Origin: Thainema sp. | GTDB lineage: Bacteria > Cyanobacteriota > Cyanobacteriia > Phormidesmidales > Phormidesmidaceae | Reading direction: 5' to 3' | DNA length: 64,000 bases | Assembly (NCBI GenBank): GCA_052168235.1 | Contig: JBQLZK010000028.1 | Location: 1 to 64,000 of the forward strand | In this document: piece by piece, positions 9,928 through 21,406 of the stretch | Position numbering within the stretch: the first letter of the stretch is position 1 | Layout: each line of letters opens with the position of its first letter | The notes under the pieces: model-generated | Databases searched by the model: none | What the model saw: the letters and a program-made list of their open reading frames with translations, nothing else | Told to the model about the DNA's origin: nothing | Translations under genes and position numbers: made by a program

Positions 9928-10512
9928 ATGAATGTGACGCAAGTTGATTTAGAAACCCTGCGGCAAATGCTGCTGGATTTGTTTTGTCAGAATGCCTACA
10001 AAGAAGGTGATTTTACTCTGTCTTCTGGGAAAAAAAGTACGTATTACATCAATGGAAAACAGGTCACGCTTCATCCGCTTGGTGCGGTGATGGTTGGGCG
10101 TTTAATGTTATCTAAATTACCGGATGATACAGTTGCGATCGCAGGTCTAACCTTGGGTGCCGATCCGATTGTTTCGTCGGTTAGTACCGTCGGCGTGTAT
10201 GAGAATCGAACGATTACGCCGCTGATTATTCGTAAAGAGGCGAAAGGGCATGGCACACGGGCTTATATCGAAGGCCCAGAGCTGCCGGAAGGAAGCAAAG
10301 TAGTTGTCCTGGAAGATGTCGTTACAACGGGGCAATCAGCTCTCAAAGCGGTGGAGCGGCTGCAGCAGGCTGGCTATACGGTTGAACGAGTTTTATCCTT
10401 AGTCGATCGTCAAGAAGGTGGCGCAGAACTCTATGCCGAAAAAGGTCTTCAGTTTGAGGCGATTTTCTCGATTCAAGATTTACAGCAGCACTGGGCCAAT
10501 TTAAAGGCATAA
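9928..10512 (+). CDS. pyrE: Orotate phosphoribosyltransferase
   Basis: FTLSSG, RKEAKGHG, VVLEDVVTTGQS. Confidence 0.95.
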   Translation: MNVTQVDLETLRQMLLDLFCQNAYKEGDFTLSSGKKSTYYINGKQVTLHPLGAVMVGRLMLSKLPDDTVAIAGLTLGADPIVSSVSTVGVYENRTITPLIIRKEAKGHGTRAYIEGPELPEGSKVVVLEDVVTTGQSALKAVERLQQAGYTVERVLSLVDRQEGGAELYAEKGLQFEAIFSIQDLQQHWANLKA

Positions 10513-10519
10513 AACCCAT

Positions 10520-10558
10520 AAAGCAGAATCGCCGCGCACTGCGCGGCGATTCTGCTTT
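10520..10558. terminator. Bidirectional terminator between pyrE and miaB
   Basis: aaagcagaatcgccgcgca-c-tgcgcggcgattctgcttt. Confidence 0.75.
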
Positions 10559-10566
10559 TGGACTGA

Positions 10567-11922
10567 TTAACCAACGGCTACGGGAACGTCAACCCGTTCT
10601 CCCGTCAGACTAAAGGCTCGCACTTCTGTGACTTTAATCTTGATCAACTGACCGCGCAGTTCGTCGATGTTGCCCGTGAAGAATGCAAGGCGATTAGTGC
10701 GGGTGCGGCCCATGACCTGAGTTGGGTCTTTCGGATTTGTGTCTTCCACCAGCACTTCTTCGATGCGATCGCGATAGCGTTGCGATCGCTCAGCGGCTTT
10801 GATGGCCACTAGATGATTGAGCTGCTGGAGACGATCGGCTTTCACCTCTTCTGATAGCTGATTGTCCCACAGTGCTGCTGGCGTACCGGGCCGAGGCGAG
10901 TAGGCTGCCGTATTGAGTTGATCAAAGCCAATATCGTCAACTAGCTGCAGTGTATTCTCAAACTGCTCCTCCGTTTCGCCAGGGAAGCCAACAATGGCAT
11001 CGGCACTGATGGCGGCATCCGGCATGTAGTGACGAATCGTATCAATGATGCGGCGATACTTTTCGTGGGTATAGCCACGCGCCATCGCCTTCAGCAGCTC
11101 ATTATCACCGGATTGGAAGGGAATGTGGAAATGTTCGCAGACTTTGGGTAGCTCGTTGCAGGCTTTAATCAGCCGCTCGGTGAAGTAGCGGGGATGGCTG
11201 GTGGCAAAGCGAATCCGCTCAATTCCCGGTATGTCATGCACGTAGTGCAGCAGGTCAGTCAGCGTGTGCTGATGGCGACCTGCCACCGTCGTTCCAGGTA
11301 GATCGCGCCCATAAGCATCAATGTTCTGTCCCAGCAGCGTCACTTCTTTGAAGCCCTGCCGTCCCAGTTCCTCCATTTCCGCTCGGATAGCTTCTGGGGT
11401 ACGTGACTGCTCGACGCCTCGCACATTGGGCACCACGCAGTAGGTGCAGCGCTCATTGCAGCCGTAAATCACATTCACCCAAGCTGAGACGGTACTATCA
11501 CGCCGGGGTTTGGTGATGTCTTCCACAATATGAATGGGTTCTGTCGCGACGATCTGATTGCCGTCAAATACCTGAGTCAGCAAATCCTGTAGCCGATTGG
11601 CATGTTGCGGCCCCATAACTAGATCCAGCTCTGGAACGCGACGCAGAAGCTGTTCGCCCTCTTGCTGAGCTACGCAGCCAGCCACAATCAGCGTCAGATC
11701 GGGTTCTTCATGCTTACGCTTGGCTTGCCGACCGAGATATGAGTAGACTTTTTGCTCGGCGTTGTCGCGAATGGTGCAGGTGTTGTAGAGAACCACCTTG
11801 GCATCGTTGGGGTCTTCTGTCCACTCGAAGCCCATCGTTTCCAAAATTCCGGCCATGCGTTCCGAGTCGGCCTTATTCATCTGGCAGCCGAAAGTAGTGA
11901 TGTGATAGCGACGAGCAGTCAT
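10567..11922 (-). CDS. miaB: tRNA i6A37 methylthiotransferase
   Basis: [16 protein letters not shown] radical SAM motif, TRAM domain. Confidence 0.95.
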   Translation of the reverse strand: MTARRYHITTFGCQMNKADSERMAGILETMGFEWTEDPNDAKVVLYNTCTIRDNAEQKVYSYLGRQAKRKHEEPDLTLIVAGCVAQQEGEQLLRRVPELDLVMGPQHANRLQDLLTQVFDGNQIVATEPIHIVEDITKPRRDSTVSAWVNVIYGCNERCTYCVVPNVRGVEQSRTPEAIRAEMEELGRQGFKEVTLLGQNIDAYGRDLPGTTVAGRHQHTLTDLLHYVHDIPGIERIRFATSHPRYFTERLIKACNELPKVCEHFHIPFQSGDNELLKAMARGYTHEKYRRIIDTIRHYMPDAAISADAIVGFPGETEEQFENTLQLVDDIGFDQLNTAAYSPRPGTPAALWDNQLSEEVKADRLQQLNHLVAIKAAERSQRYRDRIEEVLVEDTNPKDPTQVMGRTRTNRLAFFTGNIDELRGQLIKIKVTEVRAFSLTGERVDVPVAVG

Positions 11923-12011
11923 AGGAAATAGCAAAACGAGGGGTAAACTTCAGGTGGCATTCGCATCGCGCAATTATTTATCATAACGCGCGGACTCGCT
12001 GTTGAGGGTTT

Positions 12012-12113
12012 TGAGTGATGGAGTGAATGGGTGATGGAGTGAGGAGTATTGAATGTTGAGTTTTGAATCGAGCAAGCGAATTCAAAACTCAACATTCAAA
12101 ATTAAAAACTTAA
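12012..12113. repeat. Heptamer-type short tandem and inverted repeats
   Basis: gagtgatg repeats and ttgaatgttgagttttgaat/attcaaaactcaacattcaa. Confidence 0.65.
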
Positions 12114-12158
12114 TCTTTACAGCCCTTGCTCTCCATACCTTATTGACAAGCAGCTCTG

Positions 12159-12719
12159 TTATAAATCGAGCCTGAAATCGGGTAGCACGTCTTCCCCAGA
12201 TAGCTGCGTCGGAACGGTTTGGCTCTCAATCGATTGATCTAAACGATAAATTTCGATTTGCTGATCTTGGGGATTGATTAGCCAGCCGAGGCGAACTCCA
12301 TTGGCCTGGTACTCTGCCATTTTGTTTCTGAGAACCGAAAGGTCATCCGTGCGCGATCGCAACTCAATCACAAAATCCGGTGCAAGCGGTGGAAATTTTT
12401 CCCGTTGCTCTGGAGTGAGCGCTAACCAGCGATCGCGAGTTACCCAAGCAACGTCGGGTGAGCGTTTTGCCCCATTGGGCAGCTGAAAAATGGTGGAGGA
12501 ACTAAACACAAATCCCAGCTGGCTCTGGCGATTCCACAGTTCAACGTCGGTAATTAGCCCGGCTTCACGATTGCCGCTTTCTCCACCCACTGGCGACATA
12601 ACAATGAGTTCTCCCTGTGCGGTCATTTCAAATCGCAGCGATTCGTTTTGCTGGCAGAGATGGTAAAACTGCTCGTCACTCAGTTGGGCTGTTGAGACAT
12701 CAATTGTGAGGATTTCCAT
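12159..12719 (-). CDS. Uma2 (DUF820) family endonuclease
   Basis: GELIVMSP, RSPDVAW, APDFVIEL, GVRLGWLINP. Confidence 0.92.
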   Translation of the reverse strand: MEILTIDVSTAQLSDEQFYHLCQQNESLRFEMTAQGELIVMSPVGGESGNREAGLITDVELWNRQSQLGFVFSSSTIFQLPNGAKRSPDVAWVTRDRWLALTPEQREKFPPLAPDFVIELRSRTDDLSVLRNKMAEYQANGVRLGWLINPQDQQIEIYRLDQSIESQTVPTQLSGEDVLPDFRLDL

Positions 12720-12788
12720 CGCGGCGATACCTCGATATGTGATGTGCGGCGTCATGTTTTTCAGTCTATTCGGTTTCTGTATAGAGAG

Positions 12789-13331
12789 CTATAAATCTGC
12801 GATCGCAGAATAATGCAGCTCAACTGCGCCAGATGAGAAAGACTGGGAGTTAATTAATTTCAGCTTGATTTCTGGGATGGACTGATAGAGAGAAATGCCT
12901 TCGCCTAACAGTATGGGAATAACAACGATGACGTACTCGTCGATTAAGCCCTGCTGCATGAACGCAGCGGCGACGCTGCCGCCGCCGACTAGCCAAATTC
13001 GTTGAAAGTTCTGTTGTTTAGCATCGCTGATGATGCTCTTGACATCGGGTTGAAGTGCGATCGCAGCTTTCGGATCAGTAGGCTGAGTGAGCTGATCGCG
13101 ATGAGTCAGCACGTAGGTCAGCTTGCCAGGGTAGGGCCATTCATCGCCAAAGCCTAAAACCTGCTCATAAGTGGTCGCGCCCATAACCAGTGCATCAACG
13201 GTTTCATAAAACTGGGTGTAGCTGTCCTCATCCTGCGCCTCGTCAGGAGTGGGTAGCCAGTCCAAGCTGCCATCACTGCGGGCGATGTACCCATCTAGAC
13301 TAGTTGCCACGTAGAGAACAAATTGAGCCAC
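12789..13331 (-). CDS. Dihydrofolate reductase/RibD C-terminal family protein
   Basis: ATSLDGYIA, VMGATTYE, IWLVGGG, PILLGEG. Confidence 0.88.
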   Translation of the reverse strand: MAQFVLYVATSLDGYIARSDGSLDWLPTPDEAQDEDSYTQFYETVDALVMGATTYEQVLGFGDEWPYPGKLTYVLTHRDQLTQPTDPKAAIALQPDVKSIISDAKQQNFQRIWLVGGGSVAAAFMQQGLIDEYVIVVIPILLGEGISLYQSIPEIKLKLINSQSFSSGAVELHYSAIADL

Positions 13332-13477
13332 TTCAGCACCCAATACAGGATAGTTTTTGTCGATTTTGTAGCCTACGTTAGGCGATAGTGATCATACCAG
13401 TTCTGCAATGATGCACTACCGATGAGTTCAGTGCTGAGTCGTCATTCGCCTCACTCCTCACTCCTCTCGCCTCGCAC

Positions 13478-14215
13478 CTAACTTGCATGTCCTGCACCTA
13501 AATACAGCTCACCTACTTTCGGATCGTTGAGTAGATCTTGGCCGGGGCCTTCAAAGCGATCGCGACCGGATTCGAGGACGTAGCCGCGATCGGCCATTTC
13601 CAGCGCTTTCTTCGCGTTCTGCTCCACGAGAACAATTGCCGTTCCGGTTTGATTAATTTGTCGCACCTGATCAAACACGTTATTTACCAGGATGGGGGAC
13701 AAAGCCGCAGAGGGTTCATCCAGCAGCAGCAGGCTCGGTTCTAGCATCAGCGCTCGACCCATCGCCAGCATTTGCCGTTCGCCACCGGAGAGCGTACCGG
13801 CCTTTTGACGACGACGTTCGGCTAAGACAGGAAACGTATCGTAAATGTTCTGCTTCAGCGCTTTCAGAGAACCGCCCCGGATGAACGCGCCCATTTCGAG
13901 GTTTTCTTCGACGGAAAGGGAACGGAACACATTGGCAATCTGGGGCACGTAGCACATGCCGCGCTCCACGATTTGGTTGGACTTGAGCTTGGTAATGTCC
14001 TCGCCTTTGAACGTAATCGTGCCCGTGTGCGGCGTGATTAGGCCAAAGATGGCTTTCGCCAATGTTGATTTCCCTGCACCATTGGGACCGATCACCGTGA
14101 CCAGTTCACCGGGGAAAATGCGGAAATTAATGCCCTGTAAAATGTCGAGATCTTTGATGTAGCCTGCATAGACATCTTGAACGTCAAGAAGGGGCTGATG
14201 AGAAGCTTCTACCAT
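13478..14215 (-). CDS. livF: Branched-chain/neutral amino acid ABC transporter ATPase (LivF/NatE-like)
   Basis: GPNGAGKS, LSGGERQMLAMGRAL, LLDEPS, LVEQN. Confidence 0.85.
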   Translation of the reverse strand: MVEASHQPLLDVQDVYAGYIKDLDILQGINFRIFPGELVTVIGPNGAGKSTLAKAIFGLITPHTGTITFKGEDITKLKSNQIVERGMCYVPQIANVFRSLSVEENLEMGAFIRGGSLKALKQNIYDTFPVLAERRRQKAGTLSGGERQMLAMGRALMLEPSLLLLDEPSAALSPILVNNVFDQVRQINQTGTAIVLVEQNAKKALEMADRGYVLESGRDRFEGPGQDLLNDPKVGELYLGAGHAS

Positions 14216-14311
14216 GTGGGCTACAAACAAGTGAAACTGCAACAAGACTATCAAACGTTTGCGCGGGATAGCTTTTGCACCCTACTCAAACGTCTATTTT
14301 TATCAGATTTT

Positions 14312-14413
14312 TATACTCACATCTTGCACTAAAACCCAGAAGGGTTGTTTGGCCGCCGCATCGCGGCGGCCAAACAACCTCTGCGGGTTTTCAAAGTGCA
14401 AGGTGCAAGTATA
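14312..14413. mobile_element. MITE-like inverted-repeat element with GCATCGC core
   Basis: Imperfect terminal IRs tatactcacatcttgcact/agtgcaaggtgcaagtata; internal hairpin ggttgtttggccgccg-catcg-cggcggccaaacaacc. Confidence 0.55.
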
Positions 14414-14489
14414 GGGATTGTATAGCACGAGTGGGTGCGATCGCAGTGTAACAACACCAGCAGACCATTGATCCTAGACACCTAAAACA

Positions 14490-14517
14490 TAGGGACACGG
14501 CATTGCCGTGTCCCTAC
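14490..14517. repeat. GTAG-type REP-like palindrome
   Basis: tagggacacggca-t-tgccgtgtccctac. Confidence 0.7.
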
Positions 14518-14550
14518 CCTAGTCATTCACTTACGCACAAGCGAATTGGC

Positions 14551-16554
14551 TTAGCCCATCAGCGCTTTAGCGCGGCTGATCACGTTGTCAACGGTGTAGC
14601 CAAACTCCTTCAAGCAGGTGCCGCCAGGAGCAGATGCACCGAAGCGCTCAATGCTGATCATGTCGCCTTCGAAGCCAATGTAGCGACACCAGCCGAAGCT
14701 CGAACCTGCTTCAACGACGAGACGCTTAGTGTTGGACTTCGGCAGAACGGATTCCTTATAGGCTGCGTCCTGTGCTTCAAACAGTTCCCAAGACGGCATG
14801 GAAACCACCCGAACCTTTTTGCCTTCTGCCCGTAGCTTTTCAGCTGCATCCACGCAAAGGGTTAGCTCACCACCTGTGCCGATCAGGATGATATCTGCAT
14901 CACCATCGCTGTCAGAAATAACATAAGCGCCCTTGGCTGTTCCCTCAATCGACGTACCCTCGATTTGGGGCAGATTCTGACGGGAGAATGCCATCAGGGT
15001 CGGAGCATCTTGCGTTTCGATCGCAACTTTGTACGCGCCGGAGGTTTCATTTCCATCTGCCGGACGAATCACCGTTAGGTTCGGAATTGCCCGCAGTGAT
15101 GCGATGGTTTCTACTGGCTGGTGAGTGGGGCCGTCTTCACCCAGTGCCACGGAGTCATGGGTCATGACATAGAGCACTTGGGCCTGAGACAGAGCGGAGA
15201 GGCGAATCGCGGCCCGCATGTAGTCAGCAAACACCAAGAAGGTTGCACAGTAGGGAATCAAACCACCGTGTAGAGCAATTCCATTACAAATGGCACCCAT
15301 GCCGTGCTCCCGCACGCCAAAGCGCAGGTTGCGGTTTTCATACGCGCCCTTCTGGAAGTCACCGGAGGACTTGAGCAGAGTTTTGTTAGACGGTGCTAGG
15401 TCAGCGGAACCACCCAGAAACTCGGGAACCACACCTGCGATCGCATTTAGCGTTGCACCGGACAGGTTACGAGTCGCGTCAGCTTTGTCAGCGGGGGTGT
15501 AGGTAGGCAGCGCATCAGCCCAGTTAGCAGGCAGCTTACCCGCCATCATCCGCTCTAGCTCAGCGGCATCTTCGGGATACTTGGACTTGTACTCTTCGAA
15601 CTTCTTGTTCCAAGCGGCCTCAGCTTCAGCACCCTTATCAACTGCCTTACGGAAGCGAGCCAGCGCATCTTCAGGCACTTCAAACGGCGCGTGGCTCCAG
15701 CCTAGGTGATCACGGGTGGCCTGTACTTCGTCAGTACCCAGAGCCGCGCCGTGAACGTCGTGGGTGTTGGCCTTATTGGGAGAACCAAAACCGATGGTGG
15801 TGGTGACTTTGATCAGCGAAGGCTTATCGGTAACGGCCTTCGCTTTCTCAATCGCAGCTGCGATCGCATCTAGATCGCTATTGCCGTTCTCAACATGCTG
15901 AACGTGCCAGCCATACGCTTCAAAACGCTTTGAAACATCTTCTGTGAAGGAGATGTCGGTGGAACCATCAATGGAGATATGGTTGTCATCGTAGAGAGCA
16001 ATCAGCTTACCCAAGCCCAGGTGGCCACCCAAGGAGCAAGCTTCGCCAGAAACCCCTTCCATGTTGCAGCCATCGCCCAAAATCACATAGGTGTAGTGGT
16101 CGATGATTTCGCAGTCGGGCTTGTTGAAGCGAGCAGCCAAATGAGCCTCAGCCATCGCTAAGCCAACGCCGTTACAAATGCCCTGACCCAGCGGGCCAGT
16201 GGTGACTTCGACACCTTCGGTTTCAAAGTTTTCGGGGTGTCCAGGCGTTCTTGAACCCCACTGACGGAACTGCTTGATATCCTCAATGGTGACGCTGTCG
16301 TAGCCCGTCAGGTACAGCATGGCATACTGCAACATGCAGCCATGACCCGCAGACAAGACAAAGCGATCGCGGTCGAACCACTTGGGGTTCTTGGGATTAA
16401 ATTTCATGAATTTATCCCAGAGCACAAAGGCCATCGGCGCTGCGCCCATCGGTAGACCGGGGTGACCAGAATTTGCCTTCTCAACCGCATCAATGGCTAA
16501 GAATCGAATCGAATTAATACAGAGTTCTTCAAGTGTTTGGGTTGCGACAGCCAT
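14551..16554 (-). CDS. tkt: Transketolase
   Basis: [16 protein letters not shown] motif, GEDGPTHQP. Confidence 0.97.
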   Translation of the reverse strand: MAVATQTLEELCINSIRFLAIDAVEKANSGHPGLPMGAAPMAFVLWDKFMKFNPKNPKWFDRDRFVLSAGHGCMLQYAMLYLTGYDSVTIEDIKQFRQWGSRTPGHPENFETEGVEVTTGPLGQGICNGVGLAMAEAHLAARFNKPDCEIIDHYTYVILGDGCNMEGVSGEACSLGGHLGLGKLIALYDDNHISIDGSTDISFTEDVSKRFEAYGWHVQHVENGNSDLDAIAAAIEKAKAVTDKPSLIKVTTTIGFGSPNKANTHDVHGAALGTDEVQATRDHLGWSHAPFEVPEDALARFRKAVDKGAEAEAAWNKKFEEYKSKYPEDAAELERMMAGKLPANWADALPTYTPADKADATRNLSGATLNAIAGVVPEFLGGSADLAPSNKTLLKSSGDFQKGAYENRNLRFGVREHGMGAICNGIALHGGLIPYCATFLVFADYMRAAIRLSALSQAQVLYVMTHDSVALGEDGPTHQPVETIASLRAIPNLTVIRPADGNETSGAYKVAIETQDAPTLMAFSRQNLPQIEGTSIEGTAKGAYVISDSDGDADIILIGTGGELTLCVDAAEKLRAEGKKVRVVSMPSWELFEAQDAAYKESVLPKSNTKRLVVEAGSSFGWCRYIGFEGDMISIERFGASAPGGTCLKEFGYTVDNVISRAKALMG

Positions 16555-16899
16555 AGTCTCTATCTACTCAACAACGGTGTGATGGTACGTTCCACCAGAT
16601 GAACCACAGCGATTTACAGCCAAGCACCACCTGTGGAGATAAGTCGCCGCATATAAATAACTGCAACACCTAAAGACCGGGGAAACTTCCCTCCGGGGCG
16701 TTCCCCCGGTCTTTAAAAGTGCATTTATTTATGCCAGCCTACTTAAATGTGAACACAAATTACCCTTGCAGTTCCCAAACATCTTCCCATTAGTCTGGAA
16801 TCCTGAGCAAGAGCAATTGAGGTATTCGGATAAACAAAATCAGGTAGGCAACCTCAGCAGCTACCGACCTGATCGATCTAATTCTGTAGGTTATTATAC

Positions 16900-18153
16900 C
16901 TACTCATCATATTTTCGGAAGGCTAACGTGACGTTATGTCCGCCAAAGCCAAACGAATTCGATAAAGCAACATTGACAACCTGCTCCCGACTTTGATGGG
17001 CGACGTAGTCTAGGTCGCACTCGTCATCAGGGTTTTCTAGGTTGATTGTGGGCGGTACTCGGTCATTTTTCACAGCCATCGCGGTGGCTACGGCCTCGAT
17101 ACCACCTGAGCCACCGAGTAGATGTCCTGTCATGGACTTGGTGGAACTGACCGTAATGTTGTGAGCATGGTCGCCCAGTGCTGTCTTGATGGCCTTGGTT
17201 TCAGTGGAATCATTAGCTGGCGTGCTAGTGCCGTGAGCATTGATATAGCTAACCTGGTCTGGGGCTAGTTCAGCATCCTTCAGGCACAGAGAAATGGCGC
17301 GAGCAGCGCCTTCTCCACCAGGAACGGGAGCCGTCATGTGGTAAGCATCGCAGGTCATTGCATAACCGACAATTTCACCGTAGATTTTGGCTCCTCGACT
17401 GAGTGCGTGCTCTAGCTCCTCTAGAACAAGCATGCCGGCTCCTTCTCCCATGACGAAGCCATCGCGATCGCGGTCGAACGGACGACAAGCGTGGGCTGGA
17501 TCATTATTGCGGAGTGACAATGCCCGACAGGCCGCAAATCCCGCTAGAGATAGCGGTGTAACAGCGGCTTCGGTGCCACCGCAGATCATGGCCTGAGCGT
17601 AGCCGCGCTGCACCAGCCGAAACGCATCGCCGACCGCATTGGAACCAGCGGCACAGGCCGTAACGGTACAGCAGTTTGGCCCTTTGGCTCCCACATGAAT
17701 CGCGGTTAATCCGGCTGCCATGTTGGCAATCATCATGGGAATCATGAATGGACTACAGCGATCGGGGCCACGGGTTAAATAGACCTCTTGCTGGTCTTCG
17801 AGGACTTTGAGTCCACCAATGCCAGTGCCAATTAGAACCCCAATTTGCTCAGCATTGAGGTCGGTGATTTCCAGTTTGGCATCGGCAATCGCTTGCTTAC
17901 TGGCTGCGATCGCAAATTGAGCAAACCGATCCATGCGCTTTGCATCTTTGCGATCCATATAGTCTTGTGGATCGAAGCCTTTGACCTCACCCGCAATTTT
18001 GCAGGCATGACGTGACGGATCAAAGTGAGTAATGGGGCCGATGCCATTTTTCCCACTGAGTAATCCATCCCAATAGTCCTGCAGGTTGTTTCCGAGCGGC
18101 GTAATGGCCCCCAACCCGGTGACAACAACACGTTTTAATTCTGAATTGGCCAT
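16900..18153 (-). CDS. fabF: Beta-ketoacyl-ACP synthase II
   Basis: [27 protein letters not shown]. Confidence 0.96.
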   Translation of the reverse strand: MANSELKRVVVTGLGAITPLGNNLQDYWDGLLSGKNGIGPITHFDPSRHACKIAGEVKGFDPQDYMDRKDAKRMDRFAQFAIAASKQAIADAKLEITDLNAEQIGVLIGTGIGGLKVLEDQQEVYLTRGPDRCSPFMIPMMIANMAAGLTAIHVGAKGPNCCTVTACAAGSNAVGDAFRLVQRGYAQAMICGGTEAAVTPLSLAGFAACRALSLRNNDPAHACRPFDRDRDGFVMGEGAGMLVLEELEHALSRGAKIYGEIVGYAMTCDAYHMTAPVPGGEGAARAISLCLKDAELAPDQVSYINAHGTSTPANDSTETKAIKTALGDHAHNITVSSTKSMTGHLLGGSGGIEAVATAMAVKNDRVPPTINLENPDDECDLDYVAHQSREQVVNVALSNSFGFGGHNVTLAFRKYDE

Positions 18154-18306
18154 GATGATCTAACGTCAGCTCTTAGGATGTGCCTCCAACTCTATTTTCG
18201 CTTCCCTGCTCTGAATCTAGCGCTAATCTAAAATTATCTGAATTAGTGTCTAAAGTCCTGATGAGTCAGGGGCAGTGCAACACGCTTAGTCGTTTAGCAG
18301 ATGCGG

Positions 18307-18558
18307 TTAGGCCGAGGCAGCCGTTTTATCTTGAATGTAATCGACGGCAGCTTGAACAGTTGCAATGTTTTCAGCCGCTTCGTCTGGGATCTCAATGTTG
18401 AATTCTTCTTCAAGCGCCATTACGAGTTCGACTACGTCTAGCGAGTCGGCACCCAAGTCATTAGCAAAGCTAGCTTCAGGCTTAACTTCAGCTTCGTCAA
18501 CGCTCAGTTGATCAGCAACAATCTTAGAAACCTTTGCGTAAATGTCCTCTTGGCTCAT
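18307..18558 (-). CDS. acpP: Acyl carrier protein
   Basis: [12 protein letters not shown]; start at MSQEDI. Confidence 0.96.
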   Translation of the reverse strand: MSQEDIYAKVSKIVADQLSVDEAEVKPEASFANDLGADSLDVVELVMALEEEFNIEIPDEAAENIATVQAAVDYIQDKTAASA

Positions 18559-18790
18559 GATCTTTTCCTTGGTATCACTGCGGCAATAATATTGACTCAT
18601 TTTTGAGCATTTTCCCATCTTATCTGAAAGCGGGACGGGGTCAGCGTATCGAACTTCAAAAATGGGATGGCTGATATCCTGCGTTCAACCTGAAGAGGTG
18701 ACTCAGCTACCGTGGTGTAGCGGTCAAGTCACCTCTTCGAGTTTTGAATTGGCCAATTACAAGATATGAAATGGCTGACTTTAAGGCGGC

Positions 18791-18818
18791 AAAAAAAAAT
18801 CCTGGCAGCTGCCAGGAT
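18791..18818 (-). terminator. Intrinsic terminator on the minus strand
   Basis: atcctggcagctgccaggat followed by a T run on the minus strand. Confidence 0.75.
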
Positions 18819-18945
18819 CCTGAGGTTGCCCCATAAGGTTGCTAATCCCTATAGAGGAGGAGAAATCTACTCTTGCGACGTTGTCCTTGACTTAGAAGGA
18901 AAGCTGAATGCGTATTACTGATACGTGTTTCCCATGCGTGACTCA
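18791..18945 (-). ncRNA. Candidate 3'UTR sRNA, possibly PsrR1-like
   Basis: About 200 nt between the small ORF stop and a strong terminator, containing GCATGGGAAAC; assignment from memory only. Confidence 0.3.
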
Positions 18946-19001
18946 GTTGCGGTGTTACTGGTGCGATCGCGAGTTAACCATCTCACCGTTTTACGCTGGA
19001 A

Positions 19002-19241
19002 CTATTGCTCGGGCAGGAGTTGGCGACTGTAGCTGTCGGAGCGGAATCCAGGTGTTCTTTCGTTGAAGTCCAGTGCTTTGCCCGTCAAGCTTTCAGACAG
19101 GTTTGCAAAAGACTCGGAGCGCCAGTTGCGTTCGTGAATTGGCTTGCTTTGCTCACCGCGAAAATATGCTTGAGAACCGATCAGAGCTACGGCTACCCAA
19201 CCTGTAACGAAGAGAATCGCAAGAACAATTAGGTTAATCAT
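19002..19241 (-). CDS. Small single-TM protein, Psb35-related family (tentative)
   Basis: GWVAVALIGSQAYFRGEQSKPIHERNWRS conserved cyanobacterial motif; AGGAG RBS. Confidence 0.7.
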   Translation of the reverse strand: MINLIVLAILFVTGWVAVALIGSQAYFRGEQSKPIHERNWRSESFANLSESLTGKALDFNERTPGFRSDSYSRQLLPEQ

Positions 19242-19266
19242 GTTGAACTCCTAAGTATCCTGAGCT

Positions 19267-19284
19267 GTTGTAAATTAATGTAAC
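19267..19284 (-). promoter_or_regulatory. HLR1 (RpaB-binding) direct repeat
   Basis: Minus strand GTTACATT-AA-TTTACAAC, one mismatch to (G/T)TTACA(T/A)(T/A)-N2 repeat. Confidence 0.6.
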
Positions 19285-19769
19285 GCTAATATTACAAAAT
19301 GTCAAGATAGTTTGCGTGAAACGCGAGTCTATATTAACTACCCATGCAATTTAGGTGCGGCAGGTTAGACTACATACATCAAGCAGTCCGTATGCAGCGT
19401 AGATATAGGTGCGATAGTGGCTTTGTTGCCAGCAAAAAATCCTAAGGCTGCTATCAGTCATCTGTTTTCCATTCGTCTCTAGCCGTTCGACTTCTTTTAC
19501 GACTTACACCTACGACTCACACAGCATTCACAATTCAAGCAAAATAGCGTTTTGCTGCTGTCCTGGTTATGCTCGCTCCTGGTCAGTGGCAGCCTGTTTC
19601 ATGACATCGGAATAGCCTACTGTTCAGATCAAGTCAGATCGGATTTGCTTCATATCTGCGTCTGAATGATCTGCTTAACCTATTCTTGATGTTGGTACGG
19701 ATCAATAAGGATCAAGTGGTGCTGAGATAAACTGCATTGCGATCGCACTATCCCTGGGAGGAACTATCC

Positions 19770-20192
19770 ATGGCGACAAAATTAGTCAAGTTACACAAGT
19801 CCCACGATCATCAATGGGTTGGAGCTAATGCTGCAGGGAATACAATCGTTGTGGGCGATCCGGCAAAGGCGACATGGGGACCAATGGAAATGCTACTCGT
19901 GGCGCTTGGCTCCTGCGTCGCGCAGTACGTCCTCAGTTTGATGCAGGCTAACCCGCAGGCATTTGAAAATTATCAAATCGAAGTTGAAGCCGAGCAGGCT
20001 GAAAGCCAACCGCAGCGTTATACCTCAATTATGGTGCGGCATGTTGCTCAGGGTGAAGATTTGACAGAAGCTGAGTTTCAGCGTGTTGCAGAATTGGCGT
20101 TGACGCAATATTGCGCGGTTGCAGCCAGTTTGAATGCAGAGATTAAAACGGAAGTGGTCATTGAAAGCACCCCTGCACCAGTGGTTTCGTAG
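19770..20192 (+). CDS. OsmC/YhfA family protein
   Basis: PMEMLLVALGSC and YCAVAASL cysteine motifs; GGAGG RBS. Confidence 0.85.
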   Translation: MATKLVKLHKSHDHQWVGANAAGNTIVVGDPAKATWGPMEMLLVALGSCVAQYVLSLMQANPQAFENYQIEVEAEQAESQPQRYTSIMVRHVAQGEDLTEAEFQRVAELALTQYCAVAASLNAEIKTEVVIESTPAPVVS

Positions 20193-20292
20193 CGCCTGTG
20201 TAACGTTAACGTTTTATGAGGGGCTTGTTGCACAAGCCCCTCATTGTCTTTGATTGAACATGAGTTTGGCAAAGCTACAAGATAAATGAAGT

Positions 20293-20336
20293 GCGATCGC
20301 AGTTCACCAACCCTCGCGGCAAGAAAGTGCGATCGC
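20293..20336. repeat. 44-bp HIP1-28bp-HIP1 junction element, copy 1
   Basis: gcgatcgc-agttcaccaaccctcgcggcaagaaagt-gcgatcgc. Confidence 0.85.
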
Positions 20337-20396
20337 AAAAAACTGGGGTTCTGCTGACTGATTTGATAACACAACAGCAAAGGTATTGGCTTCACG

Positions 20397-20729
20397 CTAC
20401 ATCAACACCAGAAGGCTTTCTGTTTCGCTACGTTCAAACTGAAGGATTGTTTCCAAGTTGTTTCTCAGAATTTGAACAATTTTTGATGTTGGGCAATTGC
20501 CGACCCGCAGATAGATAAATTTAGGTGGATGACCATAGAGTAGACTGCGCTGATGAAAATCAGCATCTTTGGAAACAATCACAAACTCATTTGCCTTTGC
20601 GTATTCCCAGATCTCCGCATCCTCTGTATTAATCAATCCCAAGCTTTTTACATGTTGAGAATTTGGATACAAATCGGTAATTCTTGGAATTATTCGGTCT
20701 GATAGATTTTCATCCAGTAGCAGTTTCAC
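20397..20729 (-). CDS. DUF5615 PIN-like toxin (VapC45-like), copy 1
   Basis: MKLLLDENLS, IVSKDADF; overlaps DUF433 gene. Confidence 0.88.
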   Translation of the reverse strand: MKLLLDENLSDRIIPRITDLYPNSQHVKSLGLINTEDAEIWEYAKANEFVIVSKDADFHQRSLLYGHPPKFIYLRVGNCPTSKIVQILRNNLETILQFERSETESLLVLM

Positions 20730-20950
20730 AGCGGTGCCACAAATAGCTTTTTCTCACGATCTGCTGCAAATGCAAGGCAAGCTTTAATATCTTCCGAGGT
20801 AAGTTCAGAAAAGTCTTCCAGAATTTCCGTCTCGGTCATTCCACCAGCCAAGTATTCTAGGATGTCATAAACTGTGATTCTCATTCTACGAATACACGGT
20901 TTCCCACTGCGCTTTCCAGGCTCAATCGTGATGATGTGTTGGTAGTCCAT
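20726..20950 (-). CDS. DUF433 antitoxin, copy 1
   Basis: GKPCIRRMRITVYDILEYLAGG. Confidence 0.9.
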   Translation of the reverse strand: MDYQHIITIEPGKRSGKPCIRRMRITVYDILEYLAGGMTETEILEDFSELTSEDIKACLAFAADREKKLFVAPL

Positions 20951-21013
20951 AAGAGCTGGCCAAGAGAAAATAGCTGTCTACATTATGACATTTGGCACTC
21001 TTGCTGCTGAGTT

Positions 21014-21057
21014 GCGATCGCAGTTTGCCAACCCTCGCTGTGAAAAAGTGCGATCGC
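21014..21057. repeat. 44-bp HIP1-28bp-HIP1 junction element, copy 2
   Basis: gcgatcgc-agtttgccaaccctcgctgtgaaaaagt-gcgatcgc. Confidence 0.85.
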
Positions 21058-21106
21058 ACTAAAAATCTGGATTCTTGCCGATTGCAATGGAGGAACAGCA
21101 AGAACA

Positions 21107-21406
21107 TCAGTTGGATTCCTCAAAGAGAGAAGGAAAATCACGGCGACCACTCACAACTCTTAGGATTTCAATACCATCGTCGAGAATTCTGTAAAAGATG
21201 ATGTAACCATCTAGCGACAGTCCTCTGAGTTCAGGACGAATGGTTGCGTAGCTTTTGCCGCTGCTGGGAAATGCTACAAGCTGCTGGCACTTGCGATTGA
21301 AAGCACGGAAAAACTTTTCACCCGCTTCGAGGCTATTTGCGGCAAAGTAATCAGCAATTTCGTTCAGGTCTTGGCTAGCCAGAACGTTGATAACATAGCG
21401 ACTCAT
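21107..21406 (-). CDS. ParE/RelE family toxin
   Basis: A.QDL.EI.DY, FP.SG, YIIFYR..IEILRVVSG.RD. Confidence 0.9.
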   Translation of the reverse strand: MSRYVINVLASQDLNEIADYFAANSLEAGEKFFRAFNRKCQQLVAFPSSGKSYATIRPELRGLSLDGYIIFYRILDDGIEILRVVSGRRDFPSLFEESN

